A stretch of DNA of 64,000 nucleotides from Azolla caroliniana (taxonomy: Eukaryota > Plantae > Polypodiophyta): the NCBI GenBank assembly GCA_043228905.1, contig JBHGNT010000014.1, positions 8,308,001-8,372,000 on the forward strand, written 5' to 3'. Position 1 is the stretch's first letter. Each line of letters opens with the position of its first letter. Made by a program: the position numbers and the translations under genes. This document shows, piece after piece, positions 38,773 through 50,355 of the stretch. The notes under the pieces are model-generated. The model was not told the origin of the DNA and ran no database searches. It worked only from the letters and a program-made list of their open reading frames with translations.

Positions 38773-40194
38773 ATGGCCGGATCCTCATGGACAGAAATGT
38801 TCAAAACCCGACCTGCACGCCTGGAAGAGTCCACGCAAACCGACCAAACCCATGATGTTGGCCTGCCTAACCCGACTCAGTACCACAGAGGGTGGCTAAC
38901 TCCGGGGATACTACCAAACAAGAACCTCCCATCGAGCCCAGGACCTAAAGCACTTCTCAACACACCCCCACTACAGGAGAGCCCACTCAATGTAGAACGA
39001 CATATACGAGACGCAACGCAAGAGTTACGAGTGATAGAACACGAAATCAATCTATGGACGGTACAACTTGCGAAAGGAGGACAACCGGAAAGCACCACTC
39101 GAGATATCGAAGCTGCTTTGGCCGAAAGGAAGGATAGATTCACACGAGTGCAACAAAAACTTCACCACCTAGAAACATCGTCGCACATACACCGCCGAAG
39201 TCAGGAGCACAGCCCCGTACCGCGTTTGAGCACAACGGGCGATAGCCCGAACGAAACCCGTGCACAACGACACCCGGCACCACCATCCATGGGCACAATC
39301 CCTACACCTGACCAAGCTACACCTACACCTCCAAACGCCGAACTCGCACTCGCGCTACAATCCATACAAACTCTTGTAGCATTGATGGAAAAAGAGCGAG
39401 CACCCATAGACCATCTGAGAAACCTCACAAATGACTGCGGGAAGAGTGCTTCCATTTCTAAACTAGTACCCCGTTTCCTCGGTTTCGGCGATGCCTATGA
39501 CCATGTCGAGAGGTTCAAACAGATTTGCCGCGCTTACGAACCCCTCACAGAGATCACCAAGGTAGCTGCGTTTGGACTCACACTTGATGACCAAGCCGAC
39601 ATCTGGTTTCGAACCTTGAATGAAGACATCGCCGCCGATTTCGAGTACGTCATCGAGGATTTCTTGATAAACTTCGCTCGTCGAGGGAATAAATGGAACC
39701 TGATTGACCAACTTTTCGCCCTCAAACAAGAAGCAAACGAAACGGTCAAGGACTACATACGTCGCACGAAAAGCTTGCATCATCGTTGTAGTCGGAACGA
39801 CAAGATGTCGGATGACAAGTTGACGAGCTGTTTCATTAATGGGTTGTTTGATACGACACTCCAAAATTTCCTGATTGCCCGAATGTGTCGATCGTTTACT
39901 GAAGCCTGCACAGTAGTGATGACCTTTGAAGATTCGATGAGTGGATTACACATACCCACTCACGCACCCACGAACAACCGCGAGAAATCCTCCGACCCCA
40001 CCCCTGCTCTACCCACACCACCGCGAACACCCCGTATAGAAAGACCCCAAGCATACGCCCAACGAGAAAATGTAAGGTGCACGGTATGTCACGGACACCA
40101 CACGGGACATGAGTGTCCCCTCCTTCATCAACGACGGCCGCAATACTGTAAGTGGTGCAAAGCTTTCGTAATGCATACGCAAGAGAACTGCTAG
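38773..40194 (+). CDS. gag: gag (473 aa)
   Basis: Retrotransposon gag core (DHVERFKQIC, ADIWFRTL, LKQEANETVKDY, FINGL) and two CCHC-like knuckles. Confidence 0.85.
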   Translation: MAGSSWTEMFKTRPARLEESTQTDQTHDVGLPNPTQYHRGWLTPGILPNKNLPSSPGPKALLNTPPLQESPLNVERHIRDATQELRVIEHEINLWTVQLAKGGQPESTTRDIEAALAERKDRFTRVQQKLHHLETSSHIHRRSQEHSPVPRLSTTGDSPNETRAQRHPAPPSMGTIPTPDQATPTPPNAELALALQSIQTLVALMEKERAPIDHLRNLTNDCGKSASISKLVPRFLGFGDAYDHVERFKQICRAYEPLTEITKVAAFGLTLDDQADIWFRTLNEDIAADFEYVIEDFLINFARRGNKWNLIDQLFALKQEANETVKDYIRRTKSLHHRCSRNDKMSDDKLTSCFINGLFDTTLQNFLIARMCRSFTEACTVVMTFEDSMSGLHIPTHAPTNNREKSSDPTPALPTPPRTPRIERPQAYAQRENVRCTVCHGHHTGHECPLLHQRRPQYCKWCKAFVMHTQENC

Positions 40195-43100
40195 CAAGCC
40201 CCCACTGAAAGGTACGGCCAAACGCCAATGGTGGAACACCCACGCTCCCCCCCACCACTTAGCTGCCCACCACTACCAGCGATACTCCCTCAACAACCCC
40301 CACTACCGCGCATCGGTGCCCGCCTCGCTGAAATGGAGTATACCACAGATAACCAAACCCAGGTCGGAACGAGAACCCCTGAATATGAAGACCCGTACAG
40401 GGAGTATGGCATTGAAGAAGAGGTGTTATCCCATTTCGTGGATTTTGAAGGTGACCAAATACCAGTGTACGTCCTGAGAGGGGAACAACGTGGACCCCCT
40501 ATGGGATACCGCAACAACAATGGTCTGAGGAGGTCAGAATTGAAATGCTTCAACTGCCAAGGCCCACATATGGTTAGCAAGTGCCCAACCAAACATGAGT
40601 ACTACAACCGGATGGCCCAACGACCACGACACCTCCCACTCGACACGCCCCCACAACCATTGGCGCAAGGGCCCACCCAACAATCACAAGACCTCATCGA
40701 ATGGTTCCAAAGAGAAGCATCATGCCCAGGGTGCGGTAAAGAACACCTAGTACCTGATTGCCCGGAAAAGAAGAAAAGGGTCGGCACAAATTTGTTGTCC
40801 ATTGTGCCATCCAGGATCGGTGCCAATGTCATCACACGAGCCCAACGATTAGCGCACAATTTAAAATACCAAGATCAAGGTCTCCTCGTGACCGCGCGTA
40901 AGAGATGCAAATCTATGAAGAATAATTCCACGCAGACCTCAAAACAAGATCAAGAACCGGAGGGAGACACAGAAACATTACCCGTCAATCCGAATCAAGA
41001 ACTACCGGCACACCTAGCGGCATACCCAAATCCAGTAGCTAAGAAACAAAAAGTAGAAGAATACATCAAACTCATACACCACGAACAGTTTGAAAAATCA
41101 CTTAGCCTCCCCAGCTTAAACTTCGAGCAACTAGAAGAATGGGTAAACCCCTCACCTCCCCCCTTCGTCACACCAACCGACACCCCCGTTTGCCATCCTA
41201 CCTCGATCAAAGAGGTCAACACAACTCTACTCCAACAAATCTTAAATTTAAGATTGCGACTCATATTACGCGAAGTGCAGAGCTACATTGGCACCTTCAC
41301 CATTGACAACCCCCTACTACGACCACTACTCGCCAAAGAAATAGAGTTCACGCTCGAAGAACTACTCAAACTCGACGTTCAACCGTGGCATGATGTCCTC
41401 CGACGCCTCAATGGTGGCCTATCGGCGGGATATGGTGAAGGGATACACACCCACACTCCTCGCACGTCCACAGTCCTCAAACAACCCGAAGGACTGCCAG
41501 TCGATGTCCACGAAGCCCACTTTGAGAGCGACGACACTAGTTTCACTCTACCAGTCTGTGTCAATGGTAAGACATGTGATGCCATCATCAACACCGGAGC
41601 AGGGGTAAGTATCGTCAGTTACGAATGTTGGTGCAAGTGGGGGAGCCCAAAAATGATGCCTTCCGAGGTCAAACTACAAATGGCAGACGGGTCCATCCAA
41701 AGACCGGAAGGCATGATTCCTTCGCATCACTTCACTATACACAGAATGGAGTTCAATCTCACCTTCGTCGTCACAAGATCGTCCAACCATGTAGCCTACA
41801 AGTGCTTACTAGGAAGACCATTCCTACGTATAAGCCACCTGGTCATGGATTTTGGGAACGATATAATCTATATGCGAAAGGACAACAAAACCTTTCGCAT
41901 CAAAGCGTACACACAAAAAGTGCATGAACAAGAAGGCAGCCCTCTCATAGACGATTGGTCAGAAACCACTGAGTTCGAGACCAACCTCCTAGCGTGCAAC
42001 CCCGCGAAGACAGTTCAACTCTTGACCAGAGGCCAACACTTTCCTCAAAGCCCCATCACTTCCAAAGAGGAGAACGCACGTGAGAGAGACGACCAATCCG
42101 TCACCTCCGAGACGTCAGAAATGAATTGGGTGCACGCTCTCGCCACAACCGACGCAATGTATCCTATAGGTACAAAGTGTTGCGATGAGAACGGAGAGAC
42201 AATCTCGTGCTTCAACGTCATCACCCTAGGTCCCCGACGAAAAGACGTAGACGTAGAGGACGAAGAACGGGCACAACGAGTCACACGTCCAGGTGACGTC
42301 ACGACCACTCAAGAGGCGGTGACGGAAGCGGACTTCCTAGAGCATTTCAAACTCTATGAACAAGGGAGTAGGGCAGTGGCTTGTAAGAGACCGCAACGCA
42401 ACCCCCAAGGCCTAGGAGAAGTCTACGATGGACCACCAAGGGTGAAAGAAATCAACCTTGGGAAAGGGGCAGACTCTAAACTGGTGTTCATAGCTACAGA
42501 TCTCCAACCGGACGAGGAGGCGTCCTTGATCACTCTCCTCATAGAATTTAGCGACGTGTTTGCATGGTCGTACGTCAACATGAAGGGAGTCCCAGCCGAG
42601 GTCGTCACACATAGTATCCCCATGCGAGCCGACGCCCGCCCAATCCGGCAAAGGCCACGTCCAATGAATCCTAACTACGCCCAACAAGTGAAAGCCGAAA
42701 TCAACAAAATGTTAGCCGCAGGCATTATCTACCCAATCGAACGAACTACTTGGGTCTCCCCAATTGTGGTCGTCCCAAAGAAAAACGGTCAGATCCGCAT
42801 ATGTGTAGACTACCGCCAAGTTAACGAAGCCACTATCAAGGACAATTACCCGGTACCCTACATCGAACATTTACTCGAAAGAACCGCGGGAGCGGAAGTG
42901 TATAGCTTCATCGACGGGTTCTCCGGGTACAACCAAATCTCGGTGGTCCCTGAGGATCAACACAAGACCGCTTTCGCCACGGAATTTGGTACGTTCGCGT
43001 ATAAACAGATGCCTTTCGGACTCACGAGCGCCTTGAGCACCTACCAAAGAGCAGCAGACCATATCTTTGCCGCAAGGTTATGCCAAGGGGTGGAGTCTTA

Positions 43101-44861
43101 TGTTGACGACTTATGTTGCAATTCGAAATGCCATGACCACTTGGGGCTACTCCGTTTGACGTTCGAAAAATGCAGAACCTATCAACTCTCTCTCAACCCG
43201 CTCAAGTGTCAGTTCTAGGTCAAGCACGGAATAATATTAGGACACGTCGTGTCCCGCCACGGGATCTCGAACGACGAGGCAAAAGTAAAACTCATCCTCG
43301 ACATGCCACCCCCCACGAACGAGAAACAACTACATGGGTTCATGGGATATGCGGGTTACTATAGACGCTTCATTAAGATGTTCGCCGGACAAGGCTAGAC
43401 CACTCTACTCCCTATTAAAGCAGTTCGTATGGACAGAGGAATGCACACACTCCTTCAAACTCTTGAAAGAGTGCCTAACTAAGGCTCCCATCCTCCGGCC
43501 TCCCAACTGGACCAAAGAATTCCACGTGCACACTGACGCTTCCGCCTTCGCGATTGGTGCAGTGCTAGCCCAACCCGGTGAAGGGGCACTCGACCTACCG
43601 GTCACCTTCGCTAGTCGCCAGCTAAATGCCGCGGAACGAAATTACTCCACGACGGAACGGGAGGCTTTGGCCATGGTCTACAGCGTAAAGAAATTCCGCC
43701 ACTACCTGTTGGCGTCCCGGTTCTCGTTTTTTGTAGACCATCAGGCCCTACTCTACTTAGTAAACAAAACTCATGCCACTGGACGCATCTCACGATGGAT
43801 TGTAACGTTACTCGAATTCGACTTCAAGGTAGTAGTGAGAAAAGGGAAAGACCATGTACTCGCCGATCATTTCTCCCGGATTCCCAACGGAGAAGAAGCC
43901 ACTGGGGTCGATGATGAAACACCAGATGCAGCATTATTTGCAATCGATACCGTACCAGCATGGGCATCAGACATAGTTCGCGTCCTAACCGAAGGAGCGT
44001 CCTTCCTAAAACAACTACCACGAACACACGCACGTGCCTTGCTAAAGAATTGTGGCCCCTTCACGATGCTCCGAGGCAATCTATACCGTCGAGGTAATGA
44101 CAATCTACTTCGGAGGTGTATAACAGACCATGATGTCGTCACCACCCTCGAACAAGCTCATTGCGGGGGCGGAAGTGGTCATTTCAATCACGAGACCACT
44201 GCGCGCAAGATCCTTCAGTCCGGCCTATGGTGGCCAACACTCTTCAAAGACACATACGCGTACGTACGTCGCTGTGACGAGTACCAACGTTTCAAACACC
44301 CGCTAAAAGCGAATTTTAATACGTTAAACTCGGTGGTGGCATGGCAACCATTCGAGAAATGGGGTATCGACTTTATCGGCCCAATCAGCCCAGCTTCCAA
44401 CCTCAACCGATACATAATAACCGCCACCGACTACGCCACCAAGTGGGTTGAAGCGAAAGCTTGCGTTAACGCTGACGCGGGTAGTACCGCCAAATTCCTA
44501 TATGAAAATGTCATCGTACAGTTTGGATGTCCGCTCGAAATCATTAGTGACCGAGGCTCACATTTCTTGAACAAGGTGATAGCACATTTATTAGGGGAGT
44601 TTTTGGTGACACACCGCAAAAGTTCTCCTTATTACCCTCGATGCAACGGACAAGCGGAAAGCACAAATAAGGTGCTATGTGCAGTACTCACAAAGATAGT
44701 CGCTGCCTCCCGATCTGATTGGAGCACCAAACTCCAAGCAGCATTATGGGCTTTCCGTTGTCGTAGTGTATTTTGTACACTACGTGAAAAACGTATATAG
44801 TATTAGATTCAATAAAAAATGAAGAAATAGAAGAAAATAGCAAAATAAATGGAACATGCAT

Positions 44862-44923
44862 AGGGCAAGATTCGAACCTTGCACCTCCATGTTAATAATG
44901 TAATGTCTTACCATTACACTAGC
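44862..44923 (-). promoter_or_regulatory. tRNA-like A/B-box cassette in LTR, antisense (copies ~47565-47626 and ~34851-34911)
   Basis: GCTAGTGTAATGGTAAG...GGAGGTGCAAGGTTCGAATCTTGC. Confidence 0.65.
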
Positions 44924-45435
44924 ATTTCATTAGTCTTAAAGCATAGATGTCCCACATAGAAAGGTAAATTCACGCTAGGATAAACATTAGAAAAACGCAT
45001 AACAAAAGAAAAAGCTACACATACACATCTAGCGTGCATGATAAAAAACGCACAAGTTAGAAAAAAGCATGATCACTTTAGATAAAGCATATAGTCTATC
45101 TATAGGAAAAGCATGGGGTCTATAGTTAGAGAAAAAGCATGGATTACTAAGACTTCCTCATCACTACATAAGGATAGGAAGCACAATGTAATTATGTGAA
45201 AAATATTTGGAAACTAGATATGTTTCTAAAAAACACCAATTAATAAACTATACTCGTGGGATTCACGAGTTTGCTATAACTCTTTCTTACAACATATTTA
45301 TATTCTTATTAGCCTTAAAACTCTCTTCTTCCTAGTCCAAAACCCCAGTGGTTCCCACCCGACTCACGCAAACGATCCGGAGCCGAAAGGCACGACACAG
45401 TTGGTGAACCCGACGTGAAGGCGGGTGGCAAGGAG

Positions 45436-47460
45436 ATGGAGAATCAACAAGAGGCAATGAGCATAACGATGATGATGATGTTCGAGCGGATGCTACAAGA
45501 ACAACGAGTGATGTCGGAGATCACGGGGGCAGTAAAGCGGCTCGTACAACGAAACGGACAATTCAACGGAAACGATGTGTCACGCTATCTACGTGACTAC
45601 AAGGCGGAGATGATACGATGTGGGATACCGGAAGGATTGCAAGTGACATCCTTCAATCGGGTGGCCACGGATGAGCTACAAGAGAGAATCCACAAGATAC
45701 GGCAACAAAACTCGACATGGGGGTCATTCGAAGAAGCTTTACGAGAGGCATATGATTACAAGAGATCAAAGGGACAAGATCGGCGAAAATTCGACGAATG
45801 GGTGGCATCGGAGAAGACCCACCGAAGTGCAACACAAGCATTCCTAGAGTTCGAGAATCGTTTTGCTCAACTCTCGGAGCGGGAACAACGGTTGGTGGGG
45901 GAGGATAAAGTCCTAATGTTCGTAAAATCGATCGATCGAAAAGAAAGGATGGACATTGGGATCGAACTCGAAGATGATGACGGTGCGAACGGCCTTACCG
46001 AGGATTGGGCTAAAGTCGAAAGGGTATGCCGAAGACATGATGAAAGGAAGCTGAGAATCTCGTCAACAACGACATGGCCCATGAAGGATGGTCGATTGAG
46101 GAAAAACGATGAAGCCAATATGAAGGCCGAAATACAACATGATGGTACCACGGGAGAAAGAGTGGAACAAGACACCCACTCGTCTTGTGAAAGAACGATG
46201 GCGAAGGATAAGGCCGATAATTCAAGTGTAGAAGGAAATTTCGGGATACAAGTGCCCGAGACATCGGGTCAAAAAGGGGTAAGCATAATAGATGTTTGCA
46301 TAATTGATGCAGATAAAGAGTGTGAAGCGGATGTGATTAAGGAGGTAGCCACAAAAGACGAAATCGAATCGGAGGTGGCTATGGACGAATCAATGGCGGA
46401 TTGCGATATCGAGACTTCCCCACCACTGATTCCAGAGACTCCGGCGGTTGCGATCGAAAGGCAACGTGAGACCGAAGAGACGGAAGGTGGCAGAGAGAAA
46501 ACGAATGTCGAAGCCGACGAATACGATGAAGAGATAGCCGAGAAGAATGCTAAGGGTGAAACTACGAAAGAAGGTAATACCGAGGATTCATGCCAACAAT
46601 ATCTAGAGACTTCGGCGGTTGTGTCCGAGAACCAACGTGAGACCGGAGAGACGGGAGATGGCGGCGAGGAAGGTAAAGTCGGAAGTCGGTTCGGATGGAA
46701 AATGATCCATCCGAAATTCCAATCTAAAAGAAAGTGCGACAATGCGGAGGTCGGGTCTACGACGGGAGAAGCGCGTAATACAGAGCACGCTCTACGGCGA
46801 ATAAAGAAACGCGTGTTATGGCGAATAAAGAAGCACGCGCTACGGCGAGAAAAGAAGCATGCATTACAACCACATGAGGACCGAACAACGAGCACATATC
46901 GGAGGACCTACGTAGCGAACAACGGAAAGAAGTGCCGAAAGTCGAACCGGACAAGGCAGGTGAAAACGAAGAAAAGAAAGCAAATCCGGACGAAAAGAAA
47001 AGAAAAGAAACCGACCCGAAAGAGCACTGAATCGGTAAAAACCGATCAACCGAGTCCGGATCGACCGAATACAAATCGGAAAGGAAGCCGAACTAAACGA
47101 AAGACGATCCGACGAGACCGAATCGGAAGTAAGCTAATCCGACTAAGCCGAAAATCCGAAAAGAAGTCGAGATTGATGAAGAAAAGAAAGAGGGCAAGAA
47201 AAGATACTACCGCGGATGACAAGGACCAAGCGGGCCATGCAAAAAGCGAACGAAGACTATGGTGGATCGGATGTCGACAATGGTTCGGGTGGAAAGAATG
47301 GATGTGCTCCAAATGGAGAGACAAAGTCAACATAACAAGAGAAGTCGAGGGTACTACGAGCCGGCAACGAAACCAATCGGGTAGAGACCGGACGGAGGAG
47401 ACTAACAAACACCAACAACTTCGGCACATACCGGAGGATGTGCGGGTTCGGAGGGGGTGA
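45436..47460 (+). CDS. Gag-derived protein with acidic middle and highly basic C-terminus
   Basis: N-terminal ~200 aa homologous to gag at 1470-3509 (LVQRNGQFNG.DVSRYL); uninterrupted to a TGA next to the 3' LTR. Confidence 0.8.
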   Translation: MENQQEAMSITMMMMFERMLQEQRVMSEITGAVKRLVQRNGQFNGNDVSRYLRDYKAEMIRCGIPEGLQVTSFNRVATDELQERIHKIRQQNSTWGSFEEALREAYDYKRSKGQDRRKFDEWVASEKTHRSATQAFLEFENRFAQLSEREQRLVGEDKVLMFVKSIDRKERMDIGIELEDDDGANGLTEDWAKVERVCRRHDERKLRISSTTTWPMKDGRLRKNDEANMKAEIQHDGTTGERVEQDTHSSCERTMAKDKADNSSVEGNFGIQVPETSGQKGVSIIDVCIIDADKECEADVIKEVATKDEIESEVAMDESMADCDIETSPPLIPETPAVAIERQRETEETEGGREKTNVEADEYDEEIAEKNAKGETTKEGNTEDSCQQYLETSAVVSENQRETGETGDGGEEGKVGSRFGWKMIHPKFQSKRKCDNAEVGSTTGEARNTEHALRRIKKRVLWRIKKHALRREKKHALQPHEDRTTSTYRRTYVANNGKKCRKSNRTRQVKTKKRKQIRTKRKEKKPTRKSTESVKTDQPSPDRPNTNRKGSRTKRKTIRRDRIGSKLIRLSRKSEKKSRLMKKRKRARKDTTADDKDQAGHAKSERRLWWIGCRQWFGWKEWMCSKWRDKVNITREVEGTTSRQRNQSGRDRTEETNKHQQLRHIPEDVRVRRG

Positions 47461-50002
47461 GTGTCGTAGTGTATTTTGTACACTACGTGAAAAACGTATA
47501 TAGTATTAGATTCAATAAAAAATGAAGAAATAGAAGAAAATAGCAAAATAAATGGAACATGCATAGGGCAAGATTCGAACCTTGCACCTCCATGTTAATA
47601 ATGTAATGTCTTACCATTACACTAGCATTTCATTAGTCTTAAAGCATAGATGTCCCACATAGAAAGGTAAATTCACGCTAGGATAAACATTAGAAAAACG
47701 CATAACAAAAGAAAAAGCTACACATACACATCTAGCGTGCATGATAAAAAACGCACAAGTTAGAAAAAAGCATGATCACTTTAGATAAAGCATATAGTCT
47801 ATCTATAGGAAAAGCATGGGGTCTATAGTTAGAGAAAAAGCATGGATTACTAAGACTTCCTCATCACTACATAAGGATAGGAAGCACAATGTAATTATGT
47901 GAAAAATATTTGGAAACTAGATATGTTTCTAAAAAACACCAATTAATAAACTATACTCGTGGGATTCACGAGTTTGCTATAACTCTTTCTTACAACATAT
48001 TTATATTCTTATTAGCCTTAAAACTCTCTTCTTCCTAGTCCAAAACCCCAGTGGTTCCCACCCGACTCACGCAAACGATCCGGAGCCGAAAGGCACGACA
48101 CCGTACTTCCTACAAAGTCGCAACTCGCCACACACCATTCAAACTGGTGTACGGGCAAGAAGCAGTATTACCCATCGAGTTCCTTGTCCCTAGCCTCAGG
48201 ATCGCCGTAAAGGAACGATGGGAAGGGGACCCCCTCCCGTCATGCCTAGAGAACCTAGAACGACTGACAGAAACTCGCCTTCTCGCATTCCAGGCACTCT
48301 TGGCAAAGAAAGCCAATAGAAAGGTGTGGCACGACAATAAAGTCAAGAACAAAGACCCCGCAGAAGGCGACATGGCCCTTAAATTCTCCTCTCAACGACA
48401 CAAGAAGAAGTTGAAGCTACGGGGCGAAGGCCCGTATGTGGTTTCAGAGGTTACCAAGACAGGAGCATGTCGCCTACGCATGATCGAAGGTTTTGACATC
48501 CCCGGGTTCATTAATGGGAGCAAGCTCAAACGTTACTATGGACCCCTCACACTCGAGGCTCTACTCACGGCTCGGCAACGAGAGGTAGAGGCCAAATTTA
48601 AAGCCTCCGAAGGCCGAATGGCCCTGCTCGAAACCAACCTGCGCAACACGCAAGCGAAATTGAAGCGACAGGGACACGCCCATCCGACAGCCATGGCTCG
48701 GGCGGCCAACTCTAATGATGGGACAATACAACTACAATGTCGTGTCGACGACATGCCTTTGTCGGCGGTAATCGACACAGGAGCATCGCTAACCCTTTTC
48801 TCCTTTGAAACATGGAGACGTCTAGGTTGCCCAAACCTCGAAGTGTGCATCGACAACTTCCGTGGCTTCGATGGGTCTACGTCATGTTGCTTGGGAATCT
48901 TCGGGTGTAACATCAAGACAGAATACAGCGCGCACTTAATCCAAGTTTGGGTACTCCCACCCGGAGTGATGCACACACAATGCCTCCTCGGTTTAGATTG
49001 GTGTCACATAAGCGAATGTCTCCTATCACCTAGCAAACACATCGTCTCTTTTCAAACAGGAGGTGGGCTGAAGTCTGAGGACCTCCTCGCAACAACACTC
49101 GAATCACATCCCGTTGTCCTCGCTGACCCCCAAAGCGTGGAGCTACCCAAACAAGCAACACACCGACACCCATTGGCCGCCCATAGCCAATGCAACACTT
49201 ACAGTAGAACACAGACACCCAAACTACGAGAATGGGTGAACGTCCACGCTGTGTTCGCTGAAGGCCCACGCTACGGAGAGCGTGCGGTATGGCGAGTCAG
49301 GAAAATACTCACAACCGCACAAGGGTGGCACAATGGCGCCACTAGCGTCTGGGTCCCGAAACGAAGCCGACTCCCCAGTCTCGATCATACCACGCCTGCA
49401 GGGGACATCAATGAACCCCAAGACGCGGAGTCGCTCAACCAAACCAAACGCCAACATCCATTGGCCACCCAAGACCAGCGCGACGTTGACGTCAGAACAC
49501 GAACACCCAAACCACGGGAATGGGTGAATGTTCACGCTGTTTTTGCGGACGGGCAACGTTGTGGAGAACCCGCCATTTGGCGAGTCAAAAAGACACTCAC
49601 AACAGCACAAGGTTGGTACAAAGGCACCACTAGCTTTCGGGTCCCGAAACGAAGCCAACTCCCCAGTCGCGATCATACCACGCCTGCAGGGGACACCCGA
49701 AAAGCACACACATCGGCCCGGTATCCCGCCCAGGCTAAAGCCACAGGAAGCGACAAGCCTAAACAACGGAGAGACCGAACACCCCGTAGGAAGGTTTCAC
49801 AAATCCTCCCCACCCCCTTAACAAACATGCCGCAGGTTTAGATCCTTAAAAGTCACAGATCCGGAACCTCACACGATACCCAAGTGACACTCCCTCCACA
49901 GTCGCATCCTCAAGGTTCCTCAAAAGCCCTTAATTTACCCAATCCCCTACCACGTTCCTCGGAGACCCCCGTTTAGACCGCCCTCACCATCGATATCCGA
50001 AT

Positions 50003-50355
50003 CCTTTTTTATTTTTTATTTTATTTTTTGTTTTATTTTTTATTTTCTATTATTTTTTTTGTTTGTTAATTTTATTTATTTATTTATTATCTATTTAGTT
50101 ATTTTTATTTTTTAATTAATTTATTTATTTTTATATTTTATTTAATTATTTTTATTTTTATATTTTATTTTATTTTATTTTATTTTATTATTTATTTTTT
50201 ATTTTCTATTTTTTTTTTTTTTTTTTTTTTTTTTATTTTTTATTTTTTTATTTTTTATTTTTTATTTTTTTTTATTATTTATTATTTATTATTTATTATT
50301 TTTTAATTTTTAACTTTTAATTTTTTTAATTTTTTTAATTTTTTTAATTTTTTTG
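50003..50355. repeat. ~350-bp T/A low-complexity tract
   Basis: Almost only T and A (TTTTA units), between pol and the 3' extra region. Confidence 0.9.

Larger units (their letters stand above)
44759..48100 (+). mobile_element. Young gag-only non-autonomous Trp-primed Ty3
   Basis: 639-bp LTRs 44759-45397 and 47462-48100, no differences noticed in the parts compared; PBS-Trp 45402-45419; 4-bp TSD CCGT; G-rich PPT before 47462. Confidence 0.96.
40195..49841 (+). pseudogene. pol: gag-C/pro/RT/RNase H/integrase plus second protease; stop at 43216, frameshift ~43390, integrase split by the 44759-48100 insertion
   Basis: IINTGAG protease; ICVDYRQVN, FIDGFSGYNQI, YVDD; HTDASAFAIG; WGIDFIGP, ISDRGSHF, NGQAES; LWAFR|TSYKV rejoined across TSD; GPY; then VIDTGAS. 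Confidence 0.92.

Noticed and set aside
38231-38834. Arg-rich and Ser/Glu-rich repeat ORFs
   Set aside because: By-products of translating a stop-free 18-bp tandem repeat in several frames.
48051-48104. N-terminus MVPTRLTQ of the 596-aa ORF as a real start
   Set aside because: Chimeric: it begins inside the inserted LTR; the ORF is the continuation of the split integrase.
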